DNA of 37,508 nucleotides from Perkinsus olseni (Eukaryota): NCBI GenBank assembly GCA_013115125.1, contig JABANN010000338.1, positions 1 to 37,508 of the forward strand, read 5' to 3'. Shown piece by piece: positions 12,500 to 23,620 of this stretch (position 1 is its first letter; each line of letters starts with the position of its first letter). The notes under the pieces were generated by a model. It saw only the letters and a program-made list of their open reading frames with translations, ran no database searches and was not told where the DNA came from. The position numbers and the translations under genes were made by a program.

Positions 12500-13120
12500 C
12501 ATGCAAAGGTCGACTGTACCGTTCACTCGCCCATCCTCTTGAAACGACATGTGGGACCCACAGTGCAGACCATCCATCACAATCGATTCCACCTAGTTGA
12601 GGAGGACGATCGAGGCGCTGATGTTCGCCTGATTAACTTCAGCTAAAGCTGTCATTCTGTTACTTGAAGTTAAGTATTGAGGTAACGGTCCGTCACAGAC
12701 AGAAGTTGTGCTGGTGATGTTTGCGCTCAGAGGAGAACGACAAGGACTCGATCACTTGAATAGCTCGATGCTATCATCATCCACTACTGGGATATCAGGT
12801 ACGCTGTGTTGGCAGCTCTGGGTAGGGTTCCAAGAATGTTCGGTTCGAGCCGACCCGGAACGCCTTCTATGCAGCTCACCCAGTCCGCTAGAACTGCCGT
12901 GGACCTCAGAATGCTTAATCGTGTTGGGCCCCCGTCAGTGAAGTCATCAGGGCACGTTATGATCACGCTTGCCAAGACTGCGTGCGCTTCTCCAGCTGTG
13001 AGTGCGAGTGCAAAGTCCAAAAATGCAGCAATCTTCGCCAGCACACCAGCACTGAATCTGAGTGAACCGTTTGCTCACATTCAATGCTGCTGTGCGAGCA
13101 GAATGTCGAGTTACTCAGTT
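12500..13120 (-). CDS. possible spliced hypothetical gene or pseudogene with an F-box-like segment
   Basis: FSAGVLAKIAAFLDFALALTAGEAH follows a putative GTGAG..CAG intron and loosely resembles an F-box. The model could not be completed. Confidence 0.2.
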
Positions 13121-13319
13121 GGCTCAGATGATGTAACACCGGATGGACCAAACTGACCGGAGCATCTAATTACCCTCAGGTAGACCCCATTCTTCGGGCA
13201 CTCAGCACACTTCCACAAGTTACTGTTTCGAGCCATACAAATTCCCTCGCTAGGGCCTCAGGGTTTTTGTCTTCACTTCCCTCACCAGCCACGAGTAGTT
13301 CACAATCTACCAACACAAC

Positions 13320-13793
13320 ATGACACTAACCAGAGCGTTTAAAGGGCTCCTCTCCTGCGCGTTGATCATTCCCAACTACGGCGGGATCCTTCACAATTCG
13401 GAAACCTTGAGTTATCTCATGTATAGCATGTACGGTGGCCTCCTCGGACACGGCATTGAAGTAACGTGCGACTTTCGATTCACTAACGGTGAGCCGGCGG
13501 TTTACATAACAGTCAGTAGAAGCCCAGCGTTCGAAAGCCTAGAAGGTGTGATCCGAGGCGATGGCTCTCGTCTGAGCGTCGACTTCGAAGATCGCTACCA
13601 AGACCTTGTCAGAGGGTTGCATGAGAAACTCCCAGAGCTGAGGCTGGCCGATGGGGACTTTAAGAGCATCACCATTCCGAGGGCAGATGAGATTCTCATA
13701 CCAGTGGAGGGCAGAGAAGTTGAGATGCTCAGGGAGGAATTCGATTCAGATGATGAAGGAACGTCTACCACTGATGGAGACGACCGAGGTTGA
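13320..13793 (+). CDS. small secreted-looking hypothetical protein, 157 aa, intronless (paralog B)
   Basis: Signal-like N-terminus MTLTRAFKGLLSCALIIPNYGG. Shares motifs with 11700..12170 and has an acidic C-terminal tail. Confidence 0.75.
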   Translation: MTLTRAFKGLLSCALIIPNYGGILHNSETLSYLMYSMYGGLLGHGIEVTCDFRFTNGEPAVYITVSRSPAFESLEGVIRGDGSRLSVDFEDRYQDLVRGLHEKLPELRLADGDFKSITIPRADEILIPVEGREVEMLREEFDSDDEGTSTTDGDDRG

Positions 13794-14074
13794 CGCTCCC
13801 CTTGACAATCGTACATCGTACACAACGTCTCTCAGTACATCTGAAGGGAGACGACTGGGATCGTTGCCACGATTGCCCCTTCAGGTTACTCTTGGTCTGC
13901 CTTGCTGTGTGATTCTGATCTGATAACTACGGATTCGTGTTCATCGAGTCATTAAATCTGAGGGGCAAAAGATCAGCTATCATCGTCGGTATTGAAGGGA
14001 AGCTCGTTGTCCTGTAGATTGCACTATCCCGGGAACAGTAGACACACGTCATGTTGCTCAAGCGCGCCGGAGTG

Positions 14075-17000
14075 TCATCCATACTGGGTCTTCAAACCTT
14101 TCCCCGACGGGTGTCGCTGGTCTGGCCTTCTTTCGATAACCTCAGTTCGATATCGACCGCCAGTAACGTCTAAATCCAGGCATTGTGGATACGGCGGAGC
14201 GTCGAGCAAGCAGCAGCCCGTTATACGAAAAGTAGGTCGCGAGTGGCAACGCCACTGTGGCGTTGACGGTGGCATTGCGGACCCCGTAGGACTTAATGAT
14301 CGCAAAGATGCACCGCCCTAGAGAAGATGGCTTCATAGGCCCAGTGACCAGCGATGTCTGCAGCGGACGGTCTTTGCCAGACACCGGCAAGCTCCATCCT
14401 ACCGACCCAGGAAGGGTCTGCTCAGGTGACCATCACCACGGGGTCCTCAGTGAGTTCTACTCACCGAGGAGCTGCACGAAAATAACTATCGCATTTATCG
14501 GCTGTGGAGAGGGCAGCAACGTGTCAAGAGAGATCCGGCAACTCTGACGAACGACAAACGCCGCTTTGGTACTTGGAAACATCCTCGTGACGGTATGTTC
14601 CCCTTCTCTACGACTGTCTAGTTTCTGTAAGATGGCATCGATCAAAGCTCATCGTCACCCTCGGAAGGGGTGTATCTCCGAATTATGGACCGAGCCCGTC
14701 GAGCTGCGGCACGGCGCAAAACGGCGATGGAGTGTTCTGATCAAAAACAGTGGGCGTGCTTCTCTTCAGGAGTCTCCTACGTTTATTGGCACTTTGCACG
14801 CGACCATGGTAATGACGACCGCCGAGCTCCTTGCTCTGCTTAGCGATGCGAGCAACGACCTGTCCAGCGGGCGCACTTCGCAGCCAATCCTGAAATCGCC
14901 CGAGGTTGGACTGAGGCCGTTGAGCGTCACTTCTCACTTCAACGAGTGGGTTCGCGTACTCGTAGCCAACGTCAGCTATCATTTGGTATCTGCACTAACC
15001 TGCTATACAAATCACTGAGGCCGGCTCTATCCCACTTGTGGAAATCCAGTAGGGCGAACTGGTCGATCGGTGGGCGAAGGGCGAGGTCGATCTGGCGCGA
15101 ACGAGTTGCGTTCTTCGCTGTGTCGGAAATGTACATCAAACCTGTCCGGAAGTGGCGCCATGCAGCCAATAGTGAATACTCACGCTCCTGTATGTCCCCT
15201 AGGGATGGCGGGCTCGGGCGATTACCCTTACGGCGCGGGCAGCGGTCAACGCCGACGAACGACGACGCCGCTCGGACCTGGAGGATGGTCGCAGACTGAA
15301 GATGAATCGACACGGCCATAGCCTACCAGAGCTGGCACTCCTGATAAGCAATCCCCATAGTCTGATCGGATCGGATTGAACTCCGACGCGACGTCAACGC
15401 TGATCACTATACCTGCCGAAAGCACAGCGACGGTCGAGGGCTCGGATGGGTTGCCGCCAGACTTACTGGCGCCCATGGCTCGAAGATGCTCAACAGGGAA
15501 GTTGTTCACATACGCGCCATCGACTAGCAGACTGCCTGGATGATTCTCGTCCGGCATTGGAGGAATCTTTAGGATGAACACGAACCTTCACGCAGTTGAA
15601 AGATTCTCCACGTACAAATCCTGCTAAGCTCATCGAGGCGCGCACGGCCTTCCAGAGCGTGCCGAAATCGTGAACCCTCTCCCGGAAGCCAACGATGTCG
15701 GTGGATATGCAAATAAAGGGCAGCCACAAATCCTCTATGCGAACCTGAACGGACGCTATCACCAACACTGTTAAGAGCCGCTCGGACCTGGGCGAAGGCC
15801 CGCTGAAGGCCGTTGTTAAGCAGGTGGCCCTTGAAGTAGGCTGTTGATGGGAAAGTGAGATCGGTGAGGATACTCATGAGCGATAGAGAGTCTCTGAAGA
15901 CCTGAGAAAGCAAAAATGTGTGCGGTGGTGGTGGCATTGTTCCAGGCATTGTTCCTACCTGGGCAACCCTCTCCATCATGGCCTTGTAACTGCCTGTCAT
16001 AGCGAAAACAGCAGCAACGAAGCTTCCCATACTGACACCCGCGATCATGTCCACTGGTACGTTGTGCTCTGTCAGAGCTCGGAGGACCTGCGGTGGCAGG
16101 CATGTGAGGCGAGAATGACGACCAGCATCTCGATAAAAACGCCAAGGCCATTGTAGTTCATAACTGGACACAGAAAGCTGCGTCCTCCCAAGATTATGAG
16201 TTCTGCGTCGAAAAAAAATCCGGAGGCCCGACAGAGACCCGGCACTCGTTGCACTCACTCCTAAATGAGCGCACCCTCTCGCTCCACCGCCACCAAGCAT
16301 CAGAGCAACCGCACGGCCACTGAGGATCCTGAAAGGAGGACTTCGTCAAGGTTTTAGGTTGAACACGGAATGGTAGCATAAAACCATCCGCCACGCACCT
16401 AGCGATCCTCTCCCAATCTCGGTGTTCCATCGGACCCGATCGTATATGATGGCAAGCACTTAGCCACGGACGAGCCTGATCGCCACAGCTCCACGCGACT
16501 CGGTTCTTTTGGACCAGCTCACCTCCATGAACTTCCTAGTGGCTGGCTGTTCGTCTAGGCCAGCCTCCTTAATAGCATGCTTGATGTAGTTCCTTAGTCC
16601 TGGCTTCAGCATGTCTCGATACGGCGCAGCAGTGTTGGCGAATTCACGCCTGAAGCCGAGTGCTCGTGACTTCGCCTTAACGGGTCACTGGTCCTTACCT
16701 ACTCTCCCTGTGTAGCAGCAAGAGCTCCGTCGTTGAGTTCGGTGACACACATGTCTTCTCAGCGAAGGTCAGGCTGGTGTCACCGTCGAACCAAGACAGG
16801 AGCAGCACCTTGACCGGCACCGGTGAGCCGTCTTTTCCGAGGAGCCCCAGCAGGGCACAGCTGTGAACTCCAAAATGAATACGTAAACCGCAAAGAGAGA
16901 AGCAAGCCGGATACAATAGGGTAGTCGTAAACGTGAGAACATCTCCTTCTCCCTCTCACCGTATCAGCCTGCCTTGCACACAGTTTAGTCCATTCGCTTA

Positions 17001-20000
17001 TAGTGGCCCCATCGCCACAAGGGTCGGCTTCGTACACCACCACGTCGACTCTCTCTTCCAGCTCACCGAGCGCGACCGCACGCTGAGCGTATCTTCGGCC
17101 CTGAGAAGTTCACGGTTCAAGATAAGATTCATCCATGAACACTAGACGCGTCCCCTTTATGCTATTCACAAAACACGCCAAAACCACTGCATTTTCGCTG
17201 AGCTTCCCCTCAGATGCACCCTATCATCCTAGCACTTAGGCGCCGACAGTCAATTCGCGGCCTAAACTGTCGATGGGGATACTAATGGGACCGAACGAAA
17301 GAGACTGGCTGTTGGATTAGGGCAGTCATTTACTAGAGAGTCTCCGTATCTTCTCTGCGCTACAACTACGACTAAGACTTCGCAAACTGGAGCGCTCTAG
17401 GTACGAGTGATGCGAACTCCGCAGACACAAAAGCCAAGAGAACATCCTAGACGAGTTTCTTGTACCGGTAGCATTCAGTCCTGCTGTATTCATGAAGATC
17501 AGGCTTCCATCAGTACCACTTATGTCGGCTCTAGGCGACGACAAAGAGCCAAGGGCTCCTTAAAACACGAGGACTCACCAGGAGGTCCACAAGAGCTTGT
17601 CGGCCAACGGCGTCGCCGCTGGTGACAGTGTCGTCACGAGTATTCACGAAGCAGCGGTCTTCGCCGCTTTGCATATAACTCCGATCAACATGTGTCGCCG
17701 AGATGCCGACAATCCTCAAAGCGTCAACGATCGACATACAAGCTGTGTGAAGAGGTACCTGAGAGGCTCGTCTACGGACCTCCGAGACACAGAAATGTTC
17801 GACCGTAGGCCTAGATCGATGAGTCGATGATGAAAAGATTACACAACAGCGGTGCGCGGCCTGCTACGGCCGTGTGAGTGTGAGTTCGAAGTCCAACGAC
17901 GTCGCCGCTTTGGTTAGACTCGATGCCGATGAGGTAGCAACTTTACGACGAGCTGCTCGGAACGCCCAAACTACGCCCATAGTAGCCCATTCCAATGGCT
18001 ATCAACCACTATGAGGCGGGTGTGCTCGGCCGAGAGAGGGCGAGAAAGTGGCCAGATGAAAACGCAGGGTTACTTACATCAGTGGACAAACCCATGACGC
18101 AGATGGTGGTCGGAGTCCGGTTAGCCGCTGTCAGAGAGTCGGGAAGTCTAGTAGAGGTCTGAGGTATGGGTAATGATCCACGACCCCTGGCTGCATGCAG
18201 CCAGCCTCACGATTTTCGCCCTTCCCACGCCCAAGTCGACCTCCCCCAAATGCTGCTGCTTCAATCGACCGTTGCTCGACGGCAAAGGCGAGAGGATCGA
18301 AGACTGCCTACTCGCCGTCCAGGCTGCCAAGTTGAGCAAAGCTTGAGGGCACTCAGCGACTGAATGGCACAGCATGTGCTGGTCGCACCTCGGACAGACC
18401 TACCCATCAAATTGAGCATCATATCAGTCACCCGACAGAGCTCCGAGTCCCGTACCGCCACCACGTTCTCAGCGTATCTGCAGCTCGGTTGAGTAACCTT
18501 CTGAGCGGACACCGTAGAGGCTCACTTCTCCCTCGCCAAGCACTCCCGCTCGCCGATGACGTCCCCTCTAACGTAAGTCCGGACGATCGGTCTAACCTTC
18601 CTCTCACGGCCGTAGCGCTCGGACACTCTGGGAGGGCCGACGGAGACTAACCGACCGGACAGGACCTGAGCTGCAGACGGTGAGCCTCTCGAGGCTGCAT
18701 CGGCAAGATGCGTACGATGTAAAAGCCTTGGGGCGTATCTCCAGCGTCGAAGAGGTGTCTAAAAAGCAATACCACACCATGCGTAACTCACGAGAGCGAG
18801 GAGCGATGCGGTGTAAAATGGTCGTTGGACGCTAATCGCATACTATAAAGCAGTGGGCTCACTTAGATGCTTCCAGAGGCCTCCACTCAATACTGGCATC
18901 GATTCTATGCAGAAGGTCGTTGGTTCGACCCGCGGTAGCGGCAAACATGGAAAGCATGCACGTAGGTGCGATACTCCCCACATAAGAAACCTAAACCATC
19001 TGCAGTAAGCCGGCCCGGGGCAGCTCGGCAGGCCCTACCAATTCTGCTGGAATCAATACCACCCTGACTTCGGACGCGGCTGTTGCCTGCCACTCGTTCG
19101 CAGTAGACCCGCCCATGGTCGACGAGAGGACACCACTGAGAAGCAACAGCTGAGCGAAGGCAGCTGCGCTGATGTCCACGATCTCACAACATCTCTCCGG
19201 GCTGTGGCCTGTAGACCTCTCGCGTATCCCCATCAGATGGAGTCATCCTCATGGACACCTCCCCACTCACCAATACGTACAAGGGGGAACCTATCGGAGG
19301 AGGCGCATTGAAACAGTCTGGTGGTGCATCGAGGCAGACCTACTCTTCGAGACCGCGTTCGGTCGGCGCTGCGGCCGTGGATCATCTGTGGCTTCTAAAG
19401 CATCCAAGGCTGATGCTGATGTCGTGCTGCTATCGTCAGAGCTAGAGGCATCAGACAGCAGATGACGCCCCTGGGAGAAGGTGGCGAGCCTGTTTATAAC
19501 GGGGACGACGATAGGGACGAGTGTGACTGTGTCTCGAAGAGGTTACTTGATGCCCCTGTTTGCTTCCTTCGCCGACCGAAGATATTCCCGCACTTCTTCT
19601 CGTAACTCATCACGCTCCGCTCCGCCTGGTATCTAAGGTTGACCATGAGCTATTGTAAGGTACCCTCGACGGTCGAAGCAGCAGGGTTCGAGATAGAAGG
19701 CCGCCTACACCGAAGGTTGAAACTCACCAGGGCATATGTCGCAATCTCGACAGGATCTCCAACCTCGAGAACATCCTTCGGAACCTGCACAAGTACACAA
19801 GGTCCCGGGTTCGATCCCGGCACATGTCATCTGCTACGAATAAATGCTGAGCTGCGCTGGAGTCCCTCCTGTACAGCTCATCCGTAAGGCCGAATAGTCG
19901 AGTAAGTGTTGGGAGAATAATCCGCTGTAGGCGCAAGTTGAGGATTTGAAAAAGGTGGAGCATGCTCCGGGCGTGCCCAGTGTCGGTCAATAGGAACCGA

Positions 20001-20287
20001 ATGTCACGCACGGAAAGCGACAAGCAAGTAACAGTATCTAAGGTCGAAGCGAGCAAGATACAGGCGAGCTCGAGTTCCGCCCACTGAACGATGCGCTACA
20101 ACGTCTTAGAACCGCCGCAGTCCCTCCCATCGGAGATTCCCCGACAGGGCGCCGCCGCCTCTTAGAACTCACCTGTTATCGCTACAGCAGTGGAGACATG
20201 TGGTACGGTGGTAACATCATCCAAGGAGAGTAACATAAACATAAGGCCCACGGCAGCGCAGCCAGCAGGGACCTGGCCAGCTTGGTG

Positions 20288-20328
<41 letters not shown>

Positions 20329-22011
20329 GGACTGATTACTTGATACTCGATGCCACACCGAGCTCGTCGCAGTCAGGGCGACGCGGAAGGGTGGAAATAC
20401 GGGAGGGGCCTCCCACAGTGCAAGAAACGGGACGATCGCTCTTTTCCGGTCGAGTCTATCAGGTCAATACTTCGGCCTACCTTGTATGAAGAATGCTTCC
20501 CCCGTGTAGTAACGGACACCTCTCCACTGTGGACTATGAGTATCCTGTCCCGTGGTGTACCTGAGATGGAGCACCCGGGGATCGAACCTGGGCCGACCGG
20601 TTGAGAAAAGCCGATGAATCCCGACCTTCCTCGAAGAGCTTTTCTCCCTTCTTAAACGAAACCAACTGTACATGTTTCAATACTGCCATCAGCGTACTTG
20701 ACGGTAGCATCGAGAAGGCCGAGCATTTCCTCAGGAACTCGGCGCGCAACTGAGATCAGTCACCATTGTAACTCAGGCTGGGAACTCGGTCCTCTGGGCT
20801 CCATCTTCAGACACCCTTTTGACAGCGTGAAACCGGTATGGAGGTTCGCGATTGAAAGGAAACGACAATACATATTCAAGTTTAACGCACTAATCTGAAG
20901 TTCAGGTTTCCTTTGTAATTTAACCTCGATAATTTCATTCAATAATGAGAATGATCCCCGTTTGAATATCGAAAAGGATATCTCAACTAGGCCTTCGTAA
21001 CGAAAAAAGCGGAGCTCGGCACGAAGTATCGGGTTCGAACCGCAGCCCGGGTTTTTTATCGTATTTTCTCGGGTTCATCTATAACGGTCCACGACGGTTT
21101 TGCTTGGTAGAACAGGGATGAGAGCGATTTCGTATTTTTTATAGAATACACAAACCACGAGCTTTCGAATGGTATGTGTCTCGCGAGTTGAATCGACATA
21201 GTCGTGGAGAAATAATTTGAACGAACGAACGAACGAACGATCGCACAAAAAAGCGCAGAAGTGACAGTATATGCTCCGCTCGCTTCGCTCGCTCCGCAAT
21301 TAAGGTCGAATTGCGAAGATGGTGTAATATAATACCAAAACGGTACTGCTTACCATGAAAAACTATGAGAAGTCTTTTCATGGGCAGTTCTACTGTTGCA
21401 AAAACTTGACTACGAGACGCTTTTAAAGACTGGGCCATGACAAATTTCACGACTGAATGGCACGCCCTCTACGATATCCCTCACCTTGGTCGGTTCATCA
21501 GGCTCATCATCGCTGCAGAAACCACCACCGTCCGTATCGCTTACGAACATGTCGAGACCTTTATCTGACACAAAAAGTGAGCCCCCCAAGGGATCGAACC
21601 ACATATCACACCAGGGCCAACGGGCGCTGTTACCACTGGACTACGAAGCCTTCTCACCTGCACTAGGTCTCGTCAACGGTGGTTCGTATACTGTCCCACT
21701 TTCACCAGATTCTCCTTCAGGATCCACGTATCTTCCAACCAGGTTCGAGCGAAGTCACTCGGTTAGCCCGACTCACTCTTGGTTCGCGTGCAAGGGCTTC
21801 CGTTCAACCATCTCGCCCTGTTTGCCCCTCTTCCTTCTCTCCCGATCGACCCAATAGTAGAGAGCGAAGTACGTAACGACGACTATGCACGCAGCCTGAG
21901 GGCAGTGATGACGGGAGTGCGTATTGGGATGAATCTTACCAAGAGGACCTTGGCGCTGAACAGGAACCGGAGGAGATCAGCAAAACGGCTGATGATTGAT
22001 ACTGATGCCAT
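14075..22011 (-). CDS. neuropathy-target-esterase-like (NTE1/PNPLA6-type) lysophospholipase: N-terminal TM, cNMP-binding domains, patatin domain; multi-exon; 3' end approximate
   Basis: ATG at 22011 (MASVSIISRF...) is followed by a TM exon (ACIVVVTYFALYYW). cNMP-domain exons: FKKGEKLFEEG/TPRDRILIVHSGEV, IDASIEW and VVAVRDSELCRV. Then EWTKLCARQAD and HRDWERIARC. Patatin motifs: LGGGGARGCAHLG, AGVSMG (GxSxG), IEDLWLPFIC, LWKAVRASMSLAGF, LLVDGAYVNNFPV and LRPPIDQFALLDF. Confidence 0.9.
18922..18943 (+). promoter_or_regulatory. B-box-like / tRNA 3'-end-like motif in putative NTE intron 18905..18961 (antisense)
   Basis: AAGGTCGTT-GGTTCGACCCG-CGGTAGCGG-CA (one mismatch to the B-box). Confidence 0.6.
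19808..19829 (+). promoter_or_regulatory. B-box / tRNA 3'-end-like motif in NTE intron 19785..19837 (antisense)
   Basis: AAGGTCCCG-GGTTCGATCCC-GGCACATGT-CA. Confidence 0.7.
20288..20328. repeat. (ATC)13 microsatellite
   Basis: Perfect ATC run of 41 nt within the NTE-like gene, either intronic or poly-Asp on the minus strand. Confidence 0.95.
20567..20588 (-). promoter_or_regulatory. B-box / tRNA 3'-end-like motif in NTE intron 20561..20625 (sense)
   Basis: CCA-GGTTCGATCCC-CGGGTGCTC-CA then TCTCAG acceptor. Confidence 0.7.
21578..21600 (-). promoter_or_regulatory. B-box / tRNA 3'-end-like motif in NTE intron 21565..21611 (sense)
   Basis: GGTTCGATCCC-TTGGGGGGCT-CA-CTTTTT. Confidence 0.65.
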
Positions 22012-23620
22012 TTGAAAAAAAGAGAATTGACCTGATCTCATGGTTCGCCGCTCGAGGCCGATATTCTCGGACGCTGTTATCGCAAAGAGGAAGTGCCCTC
22101 CGTCCTCGACTATCGCCTCCCGCCTAATGCCAACCCAGCTACTGCAACCATGAGGTAATCATTGGTGTTGACATACATATTTTTCAAATGTTACGAAAAA
22201 ACATTTTTTCTCACGTATCATATTAAGTTATCACATTATACCGGACAAGCTCGTGACATACGCTCGGGTATGCTCGAGCGACCTTCGGGTGGCTCGCACC
22301 ACACAGCTTAGACGGTTCGCCATCATTATTACGAAAACCGCTAGCGTTTCCCACAACAAGGAATATGTCCTTCTAAAAGTTCGAACCTATGGCCATGCGG
22401 GGGTTAACAGGTTATCCTACCGCTAGACCAACAGTGTCGGTCCAACATTCTCTCTCACCTATGTGATGTGACCCCACACTGTCGGCCAGACATCGCTGAT
22501 GTCTCGCCGACAGCGGCTCGTCTATTGCCTCGCTCTCATCTTAATCTCTCCCCAACCGATGTGAATCTTGTCGATACTACATACATGTACACATTCATTT
22601 ACACTCAGGCTGCACGGCAGCACGTGAGCACCCCAAAGAGCAAAGACCTTTCCTGCACCAACTGGCACATCAACGCGATTAACGTGTGTATAGCGTCCCA
22701 TCCGCTCTCGCAATGATATGATTGGCGCACGATTCAAACGAACCGGAAGGTCACTATTCGCCCATCTCGGGTAACACTACAACCCTCGCCGTAGTAGCCC
22801 TGCTGAGCCCCAAGTGGAACTCCAAAAACACAACATAGCAGTGCATCAGTGCATCGAAACGTCTTATTGTTGTTTCTACCACCCTACAGCTGCTGGTGGT
22901 CCTCCATTAACGCCGGCCGAACTACGTAGTACGTGTTGACTGTGCATTAGGGCTGTGGCTCTCTCCGCTAGTACCTAAAGCCCAATCGTGAAAAAGATAT
23001 TGCTAGATACAAGGGCCATAGAAAGAGGCATCAACACAGACTAGGATGGCACTTCCAACCACGTTGGTAGCTAGTATCATAAAATGACTTTGCGGCATAA
23101 CATGATGATGAGCAAGAAAAAATCCACGCGTAGACATTTCACGCATGAAAATCGCAGGCCCTGAGTAAGAGCCACGTGCTACAGACAATGACTGAGAAAA
23201 TTGGTAAAATTTCCTGAAAGATCTTTAATAATCTACTCAACGTGCTGATGGATGACCGCCACCCCTTTCCACTACCGCCTTCCTCGCGCATAGTATCCTG
23301 AATGTATTGTACTGGTTCCTGATGGTAGACTCCACATCAGCTGCCATGTCACTACCACTGCCATTGCTTTCACCACTACGATTATCAAGGATTCTGAAAC
23401 GTAAAAAAGGGACGTGCCGTTCGGGACGGAAGAGCGTTCAGCCGATGGACAACGGCAAGGCAGCATACCGACAACGGGTCGGGTAGGTCGCGATGGTACG
23501 CATTCTATAGAGGATCTCAGTGGCGAATTCTAGGCAATTATTTAAGGCATACCACAAGACAATCCAGCACATTCAAGGCTTTATTGCAATGCAGTACTAC
23601 GGAACCATCCCCCCTCCCCC

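Noticed and set aside
19685-19700. GGTTCGAG partial B-boxes here and at 12842 and 21742
   Set aside because: They lack the closing CC and terminal CA, and are expected by chance.
20561-20625. Complete tRNA genes at the B-box sites
   Set aside because: No A-box/D-arm, anticodon arm or 5' acceptor strand is visible, and several host introns are shorter than a tRNA.
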